NCBI GenBank assembly: GCA_945929875.1
Contig: CAMEOO010000001.1
Coordinates: 73,765 to 137,764 of the forward strand
Length of the DNA stretch: 64,000 nt
From: an uncultured Bacillales bacterium
GTDB lineage: Bacteria; Bacillota_I; Bacilli_A; RFN20; CAG-449
Direction of reading: 5' to 3'
In this document: piece after piece, positions 1 through 8,455 of the stretch
Position numbering within the stretch: position 1 is the first letter of the stretch
Layout: the number at the start of each line of letters is the position of its first letter
Notes under the pieces: generated by a model
Database searches by the model: none
What the model saw: the letters and a program-made list of their open reading frames with translations, nothing else
What the model was told of the DNA's origin: nothing
Program-made: the position numbers and the translations under genes

Positions 1-579
1 TATTCCCATCGAAGCATTCGTGGAGGTAGGATGCTTTGGTTTTTCACTAAAGGAAAGAATTTGATTATTATCATTTAATGATAAAATTCCAAATCGACTT
101 GCTTCTTCAATGCTAACATCAATTGAAGATAAACAGACATCTCCTTCTTTTTGTTTTAAAAAATTCAACATTTTGATATAATTCATTTTATATATATGAT
201 CACTTGAAGCAATTAAAACATATTCTGGATTAAATTGTTCAAGAAAATCAAGGTTTTGATATATAGCATCTGCCGTGCCTTTATACCAAGAGGAATCTTC
301 TTCTTTCTGTCGAGGAGAAAGTAAAGTAAAAGATGAATTATTCCCATCAAATCCCCAATGTTTTCCACTTGAAGTATAATGATTTAATTCGACGGTTTCA
401 TATTGAGTAACTAACCCAATCTTATTAATATTGGAGTTAGCTAGGTTAGATAAAACAAAATCAACTATTCGATATTTTCCTCCATAAAATACCGCTGGCT
501 TACAATTTTTCTTTGTGAGCCCTTTTAATCTTGTTCCTTTCCCTCCAGCAAGAACTAAAGCAACAATTTCATTTTTCAT
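1..579 (-). CDS. glgC: Glucose-1-phosphate adenylyltransferase, N-terminal ~190 codons (gene continues past the left edge)
   Basis: Minus-strand translation from ATG 577-579 gives MKNEIVALVLAGGKGTRLKGLTKKNCKPAVFYGGKYRIVDFVLSNLANS... This carries the LAGGxGxRL and KPAVxFGGxYRIIDFxLSN signatures of GlgC. It is missing from the ORF track only because the window edge truncates it. Confidence 0.85.
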   Translation of the reverse strand, partial: MKNEIVALVLAGGKGTRLKGLTKKNCKPAVFYGGKYRIVDFVLSNLANSNINKIGLVTQYETVELNHYTSSGKHWGFDGNNSSFTLLSPRQKEEDSSWYKGTADAIYQNLDFLEQFNPEYVLIASSDHIYKMNYIKMLNFLKQKEGDVCLSSIDVSIEEASRFGILSLNDNNQILSFSEKPKHPTSTNASMGI

Positions 580-1517
580 TAACTTTTTTCTCCTTTAAAA
601 ATAATAATTTCTGATAAACTTTTTAAATAGTTATAAATAGTATCAATGCATTCAACTTTTTTCTCCATTAGATCTTTATCTACCTTTTTAAAGATATTTT
701 CAGAAAGATTAAACTTCCAACCAGGAATGATTAAACAAATTATATCCTCAAAGGATATAATAATAATTTTAGCGTTAATATATCTTTGAAGAGAATCAAA
801 TTCACTGAGAAAAGAATTATCGCATATTTCATTGGTTTTTAATGAATAGGTAGAATACACTTTTATCGAGGAAGAATATTTAGGATTATCGTAATTGAAT
901 TCAAAAATATTTTTATCATTATAAATATGACATAAACAATTACCAAAAGTGTTAATTTCTAAAAAATCATTATTTTTGTAAGATGTTTTCAATAGAATTA
1001 ACCCGGCTTTATTCCCTTTAATCCCTTTTAAAAATAATTGATAAAAGATCATTATATTATCTTTCTTTAAAGATAGTAAACACTCTTTATCAATATTAGA
1101 AAAAGGAAGATATTTATAGATAATTTCAAATTTACGATTAAAATAATAAATGTCATTTTCGTGAGGATAAAATTCATTTAATTTTAGTTCATCCTGAAAA
1201 ATCACTTTAAACATTTTTTGATAATGTTTGTTTAATACAAAAAAAGTTATAAACGAAAATAAAAAGGATAATAAAATTATAATAATTCCAAACATGATGT
1301 TAATTAGATGTTGCGTGTTATTATTAGAATAGATAAATTGTAAATATCTATTGATAAAACTAGAATAAAAAACTTCGTATTTAATTGGCAAAATATAAGC
1401 AATATAAAATAATGACAAAATAACAAGAGGAATACAAAAAGAAAGAAATACCTTAAAAAGATAGTGTTTCTTTAATTCATTTAATCTTAAACTTACTACT
1501 GAATAATTTTCTTTCAT
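579..1517 (-). CDS. Hypothetical membrane protein: two N-terminal TM helices followed by a ~200-aa soluble domain; family not recognised (possibly DUF3137-like)
   Basis: 312-aa ORF with hydrophobic segments FKVFLSFCIPLVILSLFYIAYILPI and MFGIIIILLSFLFSFITFFVL. Its stop TAA shares one nucleotide with the glgC ATG (TAATG, 577-581). An extended -10-like TGATATAAT lies on the minus strand at 1535-1543. Confidence 0.6.
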   Translation of the reverse strand: MKENYSVVSLRLNELKKHYLFKVFLSFCIPLVILSLFYIAYILPIKYEVFYSSFINRYLQFIYSNNNTQHLINIMFGIIIILLSFLFSFITFFVLNKHYQKMFKVIFQDELKLNEFYPHENDIYYFNRKFEIIYKYLPFSNIDKECLLSLKKDNIMIFYQLFLKGIKGNKAGLILLKTSYKNNDFLEINTFGNCLCHIYNDKNIFEFNYDNPKYSSSIKVYSTYSLKTNEICDNSFLSEFDSLQRYINAKIIIISFEDIICLIIPGWKFNLSENIFKKVDKDLMEKKVECIDTIYNYLKSLSEIIIFKGEKS

Positions 1518-1623
1518 AACATTACCTTGATTAAATTATATCACACAAAAATAATAATAAAAGAGGCAAGGCAGTTAAAAAAAGAAACTACTTTTTTTCT
1601 TTTATTCTTAAAAGCAATAAAAG

Positions 1624-1644
1624 AAAAAAGCTCTCTTAGAGAGC
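1624..1644 (-). terminator. Rho-independent terminator after the 145-aa membrane protein gene
   Basis: The minus-strand RNA reads GCUCUC-UAA-GAGAGC (stem 1630-1635 / 1639-1644) one nucleotide after the stop codon, followed by six U (1624-1629). Confidence 0.7.
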
Positions 1645-1645
1645 C

Positions 1646-2083
1646 TTAGAAAAGATCTTCTTCCTTTTTCCTTTTTCTTTTTTTACATAATGCAAAGAAA
1701 ACAACAAATAGAATTAAGTATAGTACTAATCCAAACCAAGTAGAATTGAGGATATTTTTTATAAAATCGACATTGATATAACCCGCTAATTTAGAAAAAA
1801 TACCATAATGAACAGAAACGTAAAGGTTATTGCAAGTTTCTACACCTTTTCTAATTCCATCCCCTATTAATCCAATTTTATTAAGTTGATTCATTACTTT
1901 TTGAAAACTAGAAGCAAAATAGATAGCACTTAACGATAAAGGAAGGAAAAATATACTAGCGAAAAAGCCTCTAAAACGAGCAATTAAAAGTAAGATTATA
2001 ATTGGAAAAATTAATACTAACAAGTACCCAAGTAAAGATAATGCAGGCAGTATTTCTACTTCGACTAGATAGATAGCATTCAT
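1646..2083 (-). CDS. Small polytopic membrane protein with a Lys/Arg/Glu-rich C-terminal tail; no recognised family
   Basis: 145-aa ORF with SD AAAGGAG upstream. About 3 hydrophobic helices (LSLLGYLLVLIFPIIILLLIA, FASIFFLPLSLSAIYFA, WFGLVLYLILFVVFFAL) and the tail CKKRKRKKEEDLF. It lies 60 nt downstream of jetC, before the first terminator. Confidence 0.6.
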   Translation of the reverse strand: MNAIYLVEVEILPALSLLGYLLVLIFPIIILLLIARFRGFFASIFFLPLSLSAIYFASSFQKVMNQLNKIGLIGDGIRKGVETCNNLYVSVHYGIFSKLAGYINVDFIKNILNSTWFGLVLYLILFVVFFALCKKRKRKKEEDLF

Positions 2084-2143
2084 ATTTTATTTCTCCTTTC
2101 TAATATCATTATATATTATAGATATTTTGTAAATAAATATAAA

Positions 2144-5100
2144 TTATTTTTTAATTTCAAATGTATCGACAAATGAACGATTGTTTTGTCTTGATACCAA
2201 TAAAGTTTTATCGACGATTTTAGATAAGTCTGATACCTTTTCACTTGGCGCGGATAAAATGACTTGCAAACCAAGAGATCTTAAAATCTTAATTGATTCG
2301 ATAATTCTTACCGAGTCCATCTTTGAGAAAGCTTCATCAAAGATCACTAATCTAATAGAATTGTTCATCGAATTTGATCTAATTCGATAAAGTTGACTAA
2401 ATGACGCTAAAATGGAAACATAGAATGGAGTTTGCGTTTCTCCTCCTGATTGTTTTTTCATATTTTTAGCAAGAGAATAGGTTCGATCATCCCCTTTAGT
2501 GACCATCATATCAAACATTAGATAAGTTCGATAGTCAGTAAACTTTTCAACATTTTGTTCAATTACGCTATCTTTATCTTTGTTTGAACCAGAAACGTCG
2601 CCTATTAGTTTAAATAAATTAGACATGACATCTTGATATTTATCTAGATATAGTTGTTCATCTTCACCGTAAGTTAGTAATAATTCATCGGTGATCATAT
2701 CGTAATATTCTCGATATTCAGGTGAAGGAGAAACAACAAACTGATAGCTGTCTTGACCAAATTTAGCATCTTTTAAAGCTTCATTTAGTTCATCAATTTG
2801 ACTTCTAACTGTTTCAATAGAAGTTTTTAGCTTAAAGATGAAATCATCTTTAAATTCCTTTGTAGCTTTATCGTAGGCATCTTTAATTTGTGCTTGATAC
2901 TCTGGAAGCTTTACATCGCGAATTAACTCTAAATCTCTATCAAAATCTTCATTTGTATCTTTAGAGATGTCATAAGATAATTTATAAGTTAAGACGTATT
3001 CGCGTCGGTATTCTTGAAGTAAATTCATCGAAGAACGGATTTTATTTTGCGTTCTAGTATATAAATCATCATATTCGCTTCTAATAGCAATCAAAGATTT
3101 ACCACTTGAAACTTCTTCTTGGAATTTAACTAAAGCGTAGTCATTGATGAAATCTTTATCAAATGTTTCATTGATCTCTTTTAAGATCTTATTAGAATTT
3201 TCAATTTGATATGGAATCTTCTCTTCTTGAATAATTTTAATAGCTTGAGAGATTGTCCCTTTTTCTAAAATTAAAGATTGTTTATCATCTTGAAGTTTGA
3301 TAATATCTTGTTCGATTCGTTTAATTTTATTATCGATATTGGTTATTTCATAAGATCCAGCATTGTCTAGTTCATTTTGATACTCACTAAGAGTAGACTT
3401 TAATCCGCTTAAATTTGACGCATCTTCAAGGACCACTAATGCAGAATCAACTTCATTAGTGTTTAAAGTCTCAAGCTTAGAAGCAAAACTTAAACAATCG
3501 ATAAAGGTTTTTAGAATAATTATTTCTTTTTCTTCATTTTGGAATTCTCCATTACGAAGCGAAATCATCTCTTGAGAGACTCTTCTTCCTAGTAATGGGT
3601 ATTGATAATTCTTTTCTGGAATGACAAAAGAAGCAAAGTTACGATATCCTTCACAACTTGGAGTAATACCTTGTCCTGATTCTCTAGCCTCTTTAAAAGT
3701 TTCACATTTAATCATTTTTCCAAGCAAGAAATTTGAATAATCTCTAGCGCCTTGATGGTCAGTAATAATTTCTTCAGCAAGAGAATGATCTAAACATTCA
3801 AAATTTCTTTCGTGAAGTTTTCTTGAATCCACTAAACCAGTATTGTAATAATTGTGAGATCTTAAAATATCACTTAATAGTTTATTTGCTGTTTCATAAT
3901 ACTTATCTTCAACAAATAGATTTAATTTTTGACGGTAAATAAATCCTTCAATTGCCTTGATCCAGCGAGGAGTTTTAACATCGACTAAATCTGCGTAGAT
4001 TAAAACTTGAACTTTTTCATTGTAATAATCTGAAAGTTTATGCTCTAATTCACTTCTAATTTGCTTTAAGGAGTAATCATACATTTTACTACCTTGTTGC
4101 ATATCGGAAATTTGTTGCTTTTTCAAAGTATGAGAAGTAGATAATTCTGCATAATAGTTCTTTAATGAGATGTATACTTCATTAACAACTTCTTTAAATA
4201 ATGTAATCGAATCTCTAAATTCGAGTAAGCTATCGCTAGAAATTTGATTTTCTGAATATATTACCGATTTAAATTCGCTTGCTTTTGAAACTATGTCGTT
4301 TGAAACACTATCGAGTTTATCTAATTCATCTTGATATTTGTCTAAGATTTTTAATGAGCGATTAGGGCTTTTAACAAACGCTAAAATTTGATTAGCTACA
4401 TTAGAGAAATTATTTATATAAGAAGAAAAATTATTTCTAATAGTGTTTAAAGAAGAAGATACCCCATCAATCTTCCTTTGTAAATTATCTCTAGCGTTTG
4501 TTAATTCTAAAGTCAAATTATATGAACCAGAAGAAACTTTTTCTCCAATATAAGATTCTTTTTGCTTAGTTAAGGTAGAAATTTCTTTATCGATATCAAC
4601 TAATTGTTGTTCAATTTCCTCTAAACGATTGTTGTTGCTGGAAATATCTTTTTGCAATGTCGAAATTTGATCTAAAAATACTTGATATGTAATTCTTTTA
4701 GAAATGTAACTAGCTAAATTTAAATCTTTTTTCTTTGAATAAAAATCTAAATATTGATTATGAATTTCTTCTAAGCGTTTGATCTTAATTTGCATATTTT
4801 CACTCTCAAGTTCAAGACGTTTATATTGTTGAATATTCGACCTCATCGAATCGATGTTAATTTCACTTGGAACATCGCAAACATACTCAGTTAAGAATTG
4901 TTCAATATTGGTAATTGGAGTAAAGGAAACTGCTTTTTTAAACAATGAGAAATATTTATCTTTTAAATTTCCAAATAATTCTTTAATCTTCTCCTGATAT
5001 TGAGCATTTGAATCAGCAAAGAAGAATTCTTTTTGGGTGTAGTTTTGTTGAAAATACTCTAAAAGAGATTTATAAGACATTGGAACTCCTAATGAAACAA

Positions 5101-5515
5101 AGTCGTTTTCAGGAATCTTATCATTTAAAATAAAGAAGTGATGCTCTTCTGAATTATCTTCATAAACATCAAAAACAATTCCAGTTAAAAAATATTTATC
5201 ATTGAGATCATCGTACCACTCTAAAACAATATAAGAAGAAAATCTTCCACTTCTTAAATATTTAAATGAGCCTAATCCATCGTCACCGATTTCTCCTTTT
5301 AAGTAGCCTTTTAAAGTACGTCCTGACTTTTCATTAGCCGCTTTGTTAAAGGTTCTTCCAGAAGTATCACCAAGTAAAACTATTTGCATCGCATCGATTA
5401 AAGTGGATTTTCCAGCCGCGTTTTGTCCAGTCAAAAAATTAATTTGATCTAAATCAAAAGTCACATTATAAAAATAGTGCCAATTGATTATTCTTACTTT
5501 TTTTAATAATTTCAT
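2144..5515 (-). CDS. jetC: SMC-like ABC ATPase of the JetC / MksB type (Wadjet or Mks condensin large subunit)
   Basis: 1123 aa. Walker A GQNAAGKST at aa 30-38. Very long heptad-rich K/E/L/I/N middle (coiled-coil-like). C-terminal QSGGETQTPFYV signature-like motif and Walker B LVIFDEAFSKMD. SD AGGGGGA lies 5 nt upstream of the ATG. It is the third gene of a kleisin-like / small acidic / ATPase trio. Confidence 0.7.
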   Translation of the reverse strand: MKLLKKVRIINWHYFYNVTFDLDQINFLTGQNAAGKSTLIDAMQIVLLGDTSGRTFNKAANEKSGRTLKGYLKGEIGDDGLGSFKYLRSGRFSSYIVLEWYDDLNDKYFLTGIVFDVYEDNSEEHHFFILNDKIPENDFVSLGVPMSYKSLLEYFQQNYTQKEFFFADSNAQYQEKIKELFGNLKDKYFSLFKKAVSFTPITNIEQFLTEYVCDVPSEINIDSMRSNIQQYKRLELESENMQIKIKRLEEIHNQYLDFYSKKKDLNLASYISKRITYQVFLDQISTLQKDISSNNNRLEEIEQQLVDIDKEISTLTKQKESYIGEKVSSGSYNLTLELTNARDNLQRKIDGVSSSLNTIRNNFSSYINNFSNVANQILAFVKSPNRSLKILDKYQDELDKLDSVSNDIVSKASEFKSVIYSENQISSDSLLEFRDSITLFKEVVNEVYISLKNYYAELSTSHTLKKQQISDMQQGSKMYDYSLKQIRSELEHKLSDYYNEKVQVLIYADLVDVKTPRWIKAIEGFIYRQKLNLFVEDKYYETANKLLSDILRSHNYYNTGLVDSRKLHERNFECLDHSLAEEIITDHQGARDYSNFLLGKMIKCETFKEARESGQGITPSCEGYRNFASFVIPEKNYQYPLLGRRVSQEMISLRNGEFQNEEKEIIILKTFIDCLSFASKLETLNTNEVDSALVVLEDASNLSGLKSTLSEYQNELDNAGSYEITNIDNKIKRIEQDIIKLQDDKQSLILEKGTISQAIKIIQEEKIPYQIENSNKILKEINETFDKDFINDYALVKFQEEVSSGKSLIAIRSEYDDLYTRTQNKIRSSMNLLQEYRREYVLTYKLSYDISKDTNEDFDRDLELIRDVKLPEYQAQIKDAYDKATKEFKDDFIFKLKTSIETVRSQIDELNEALKDAKFGQDSYQFVVSPSPEYREYYDMITDELLLTYGEDEQLYLDKYQDVMSNLFKLIGDVSGSNKDKDSVIEQNVEKFTDYRTYLMFDMMVTKGDDRTYSLAKNMKKQSGGETQTPFYVSILASFSQLYRIRSNSMNNSIRLVIFDEAFSKMDSVRIIESIKILRSLGLQVILSAPSEKVSDLSKIVDKTLLVSRQNNRSFVDTFEIKK

Positions 5516-5527
5516 GTTAATCCCCCT

Positions 5528-6139
5528 TTAATTATCTAGGCCGAATTTACTAACTTCGTCAAATATCGCATTTATTTTTTCCATATCGATTACATAAAGA
5601 ATTGAAGGTAAAATATAGAAAGTGAAGGTACGCTCTTTAAATTCGCCACTGACACGATTAATGATGTTATGATTTTCTAAGAATCGATAACAACTAGCCA
5701 TACTAACAGCGCTTGGTTTTTTGTCTAGTTTAATTAATCCTTTATCAATTAGTACCTTTAAAAGTTCATTCGCGCTGGAAAGAACTTCACTAGTCATTTG
5801 ATTTTCTTCTCTTGCGCATTCATAGATATATCTTAATCCATAAACCATAACTGATGTTAAGAAATCAAGACGAATGTGATTTTCTTGATATTCATTATTA
5901 ATGGAAATTACCCCAAGGCGGCTATCTTTTTCAATGGTCCAACCTGAATACTCTAAATACTCTCTAATTAAATCGATATTTCTTTCACAAAAAGAATAAT
6001 CTCGATTACTTTTCATCATCTTTAAATGGCGATCATAATTTTCTCTTAAAATAAATGATTTAAGCATCAAAGTATTTACTACATGAGCAAATTCTTCTTT
6101 ATCGGCATTTGAAAATTTTTCATATTCTTCAAAAAACAT
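5528..6139 (-). CDS. jetB: Small acidic JetB / MksE-like (DUF4194-like) subunit
   Basis: The ORF track gives 5528-6166. I prefer the ATG at 6137-6139 (MFFEEYEKF...) because it follows GGTGAATAAT, that is an SD plus the jetA stop. The protein is ~203 aa, acidic and helical, with a pattern (...FAHVVNTLMLKSFILREN...IREYLEYSGWTIEKD...LRYIYE...) that resembles DUF4194. Its position between the kleisin-like and ATPase genes also fits. Confidence 0.55.
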   Translation of the reverse strand: MFFEEYEKFSNADKEEFAHVVNTLMLKSFILRENYDRHLKMMKSNRDYSFCERNIDLIREYLEYSGWTIEKDSRLGVISINNEYQENHIRLDFLTSVMVYGLRYIYECAREENQMTSEVLSSANELLKVLIDKGLIKLDKKPSAVSMASCYRFLENHNIINRVSGEFKERTFTFYILPSILYVIDMEKINAIFDEVSKFGLDN

Positions 6140-6140
6140 A

Positions 6141-7577
6141 TTATTCACCTTTCTTGACATAGCCATAATCTGGCATATCGTATTTCTCTTGCTTTATTAC
6201 CCTTGTCATAGGGTCTTTTCTTTTTAAAGTGTAGAAAGAATTATCGTCACTAGCTTTAACGCTACCAAGAATAACCATAATGAAATCTTCTACATCTTTA
6301 ACATTGATATCACTGACATTAATCTCTTTTTGATCTTTGAATGCTTTATCCATAAAATCGAGAATTTTTTCATCGCTATATTGATCCATAATATCTAGTA
6401 AGGACTGCATTAAACCTTCGTTAACCTCATGATCAAAATCGTCGATCATCATTGGTTCTCCATCATTCCTTGGATTTCTCTTATATGGTCTTTGTAAACT
6501 ATATTCATCGAGGTAACCTTGTTGATAAAGATTAATTGAATTGTTGATATCTTTAATTACATCTTTATAGATTGAGCCATTTTCTTCACCATTGATAACC
6601 TTAGCTAGAGCTAAGAAAATCGTTTCTAGTTTTCCTTTGATTGTTTTATCGGAATTATTTAGGTAGATAACTTTTTCCGTCGTTGCTAAAGTATATTCTG
6701 ATTGAGCTTTATCTATTTCTTCCATGTCGCCCGCTAGATGAGAATACGTATCAGAAATATAATTGATTTTTTTTATGATATCATTGATAGCTTCTTCTTT
6801 AGAATGAAGATTCCTATTGTAGATAAGGGCTTGATTAACAAGTTTTTCCCTTACTGCATCAGTATTTAACCATCTCTTTAAAATAAAATTGATAGGTCCA
6901 TTATAAAGAATGATTGAATCGTTAGTTTTAAGTGGGTGATAGATCGGATCAACAACATCTTCTCTTGCGATATCAAAGTGTTGTTCAAGAACTTCATTTG
7001 GCGAGAAGATATTAGATAATTGTTTATGGAAAACTTTGATTGAGTGATTTAGTTTAGAAACTTCTAGTTCTAATTCTTTTGTATTGTTAACCGCGTTAAC
7101 AAGGCTTCGATACATAAATTCGTCTTGAGATTCGTCTTCATATTGCAAATCCGCGAAAGTTGAGTGAACGTAAGAAATGTATTTTGATTCGTTATCAGAA
7201 ACAAATTCATAGATGATTTTAAGCATGGAAATTGAATAACTTGGTAGCAAGATATATTCACAGCCTGTCTTTAAATCAGTGTCAATCATTATCCAACCAG
7301 TATCAACTAAGCGTCTTACAACTAGATTAGCTTTACCAGCAAGAGTAGGTTCAACTAGAAGAGAATTATCTTCAAATTCATCTACTTCAACCTTAAAAAG
7401 ATTAATTTCATTTTCTCCTCGGCTTTTAAGTAAATCTAAATAATCGCTTTTTCTAATCTTATTTCGATATAAAGTTAAGCAATCAAAAAGTGTTACTAAT
7501 GCTATACCATAGACATTTTTATTTTTACTTGATAATATGCTAAAGAAATTATCAGGAATCTTGTTAAAAAAGTTCAA
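6141..7577 (-). CDS. jetA: JetA / MksF-like (DUF3375-like, kleisin-type) subunit
   Basis: 478 aa with a TTG start 6 nt after GGAGG. The N-terminal region contains ...KANLVVRRLVDTGWIMIDTDLKTGCEYILLPSYSISMLKIIYEF..., reminiscent of the winged-helix segment of DUF3375 proteins. Size and first position in the trio match JetA/MksF. Confidence 0.55.
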   Translation of the reverse strand: MNFFNKIPDNFFSILSSKNKNVYGIALVTLFDCLTLYRNKIRKSDYLDLLKSRGENEINLFKVEVDEFEDNSLLVEPTLAGKANLVVRRLVDTGWIMIDTDLKTGCEYILLPSYSISMLKIIYEFVSDNESKYISYVHSTFADLQYEDESQDEFMYRSLVNAVNNTKELELEVSKLNHSIKVFHKQLSNIFSPNEVLEQHFDIAREDVVDPIYHPLKTNDSIILYNGPINFILKRWLNTDAVREKLVNQALIYNRNLHSKEEAINDIIKKINYISDTYSHLAGDMEEIDKAQSEYTLATTEKVIYLNNSDKTIKGKLETIFLALAKVINGEENGSIYKDVIKDINNSINLYQQGYLDEYSLQRPYKRNPRNDGEPMMIDDFDHEVNEGLMQSLLDIMDQYSDEKILDFMDKAFKDQKEINVSDINVKDVEDFIMVILGSVKASDDNSFYTLKRKDPMTRVIKQEKYDMPDYGYVKKGE

Positions 7578-7658
7578 TTTAAACCTCCTAGTTAGTTAAT
7601 TGATATGAGGTTTTATTATAAATAATAAAAAGCATTTTATTAACTACCTCAATATTAT

Positions 7659-7686
7659 AAAAAAAAGTGTGTTGTCAATCAACACA
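7659..7686 (-). terminator. Rho-independent terminator after plsC (separates plsC from the jet operon)
   Basis: Minus-strand stem UGUGUUG / CAACACA (7668-7674 / 7680-7686) with a 5-nt loop, followed by eight U (7659-7666). A TTGACA hexamer sits in the loop and descending arm and could be the jet operon -35, but spacing to the nearest -10-like TAATAT/TATAAT is 13-15 nt. Confidence 0.65.
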
Positions 7687-7714
7687 ACATTTTAAAAAAA
7701 TATATTTTTTTGGG

Positions 7715-8443
7715 CTAATTTTGTTTACAAAATTCATCTAGTCCTTCTTTAATTTGATTTTGAACGAAAGAAGCTACTTCTATAGTGGTTTTACCTTCAT
7801 AGTAGTTCTTATCTACAGGAGGATAGAACTTGACTTTTATCTTGTATTTCTTTTTATTAACTTTTTTATCAAAGACATCTCTAGTTCCATAAATACAAAC
7901 AGGAACGATTTTTTTTGAAGAATTCATTGTAAATTTAAAAGCTCCTGGCTTAAATGGATTCATTTTTAAAGATGGATCTTTAGTTCTAGTTCCTTCTGGA
8001 AAAACAACATATCTAACATTTTTTTCATCCATTTCTTTTTGAATAGCTTTCATGGTCTTAATCTCTTGCTTTAAATTATCTCTTTCTAAATAGTAGCCAT
8101 CCAACAAACTAACGAAAGTTCTAATTATTGGCATTTTCTTAACTTCTTCTTTGCAAACAAAACTAATTGGATCGTTGAAAACGTTAATAAAGATGAATGG
8201 ATCCACTAAAGATTGATGATTAGGGCAAATCAAATAAGATTCTTCAACCGGCAAATTCTCTTTACCTTCAATCTCATACTCCATAGATAATAATTTACTT
8301 ACTTTATTTAAAAACGTTCTTATTTTATGATATTTTTTAATTCTAGAAATTTTGTTTTTTCTTAATCTATAATAATAAATCCATGGCAAAGAAACAATTA
8401 AATAAGGAAGGATTTTTAAGACGATTTTAATAATTTTTTTCAC
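7715..8443 (-). CDS. plsC: 1-acyl-sn-glycerol-3-phosphate acyltransferase
   Basis: 242 aa with an N-terminal TM helix, the HX4D motif NHQSLVD and the FPEGTRT motif. Confidence 0.85.
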   Translation of the reverse strand: MKKIIKIVLKILPYLIVSLPWIYYYRLRKNKISRIKKYHKIRTFLNKVSKLLSMEYEIEGKENLPVEESYLICPNHQSLVDPFIFINVFNDPISFVCKEEVKKMPIIRTFVSLLDGYYLERDNLKQEIKTMKAIQKEMDEKNVRYVVFPEGTRTKDPSLKMNPFKPGAFKFTMNSSKKIVPVCIYGTRDVFDKKVNKKKYKIKVKFYPPVDKNYYEGKTTIEVASFVQNQIKEGLDEFCKQN

Positions 8444-8455
8444 ATTTTACCTCCA

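Noticed and set aside
579-1517. Possibility that the 312-aa protein is a divergent JetD
   Set aside because: It has two N-terminal TM helices and no Toprim-like acidic motifs (E ... DxD) that I can find. It lies behind a terminator and is translationally coupled to glgC rather than to the jet genes.
2181-2390. 69-aa plus-strand ORF inside jetC
   Set aside because: It is antisense to a well-supported 1123-aa gene. It has no SD, and its composition is the mirror image of the sense codons. This is a typical shadow ORF.
7070-7261. 63-aa minus-strand ORF nested out of frame in jetA
   Set aside because: It lies in an alternative frame of a longer supported ORF, with no SD and low-complexity sequence.
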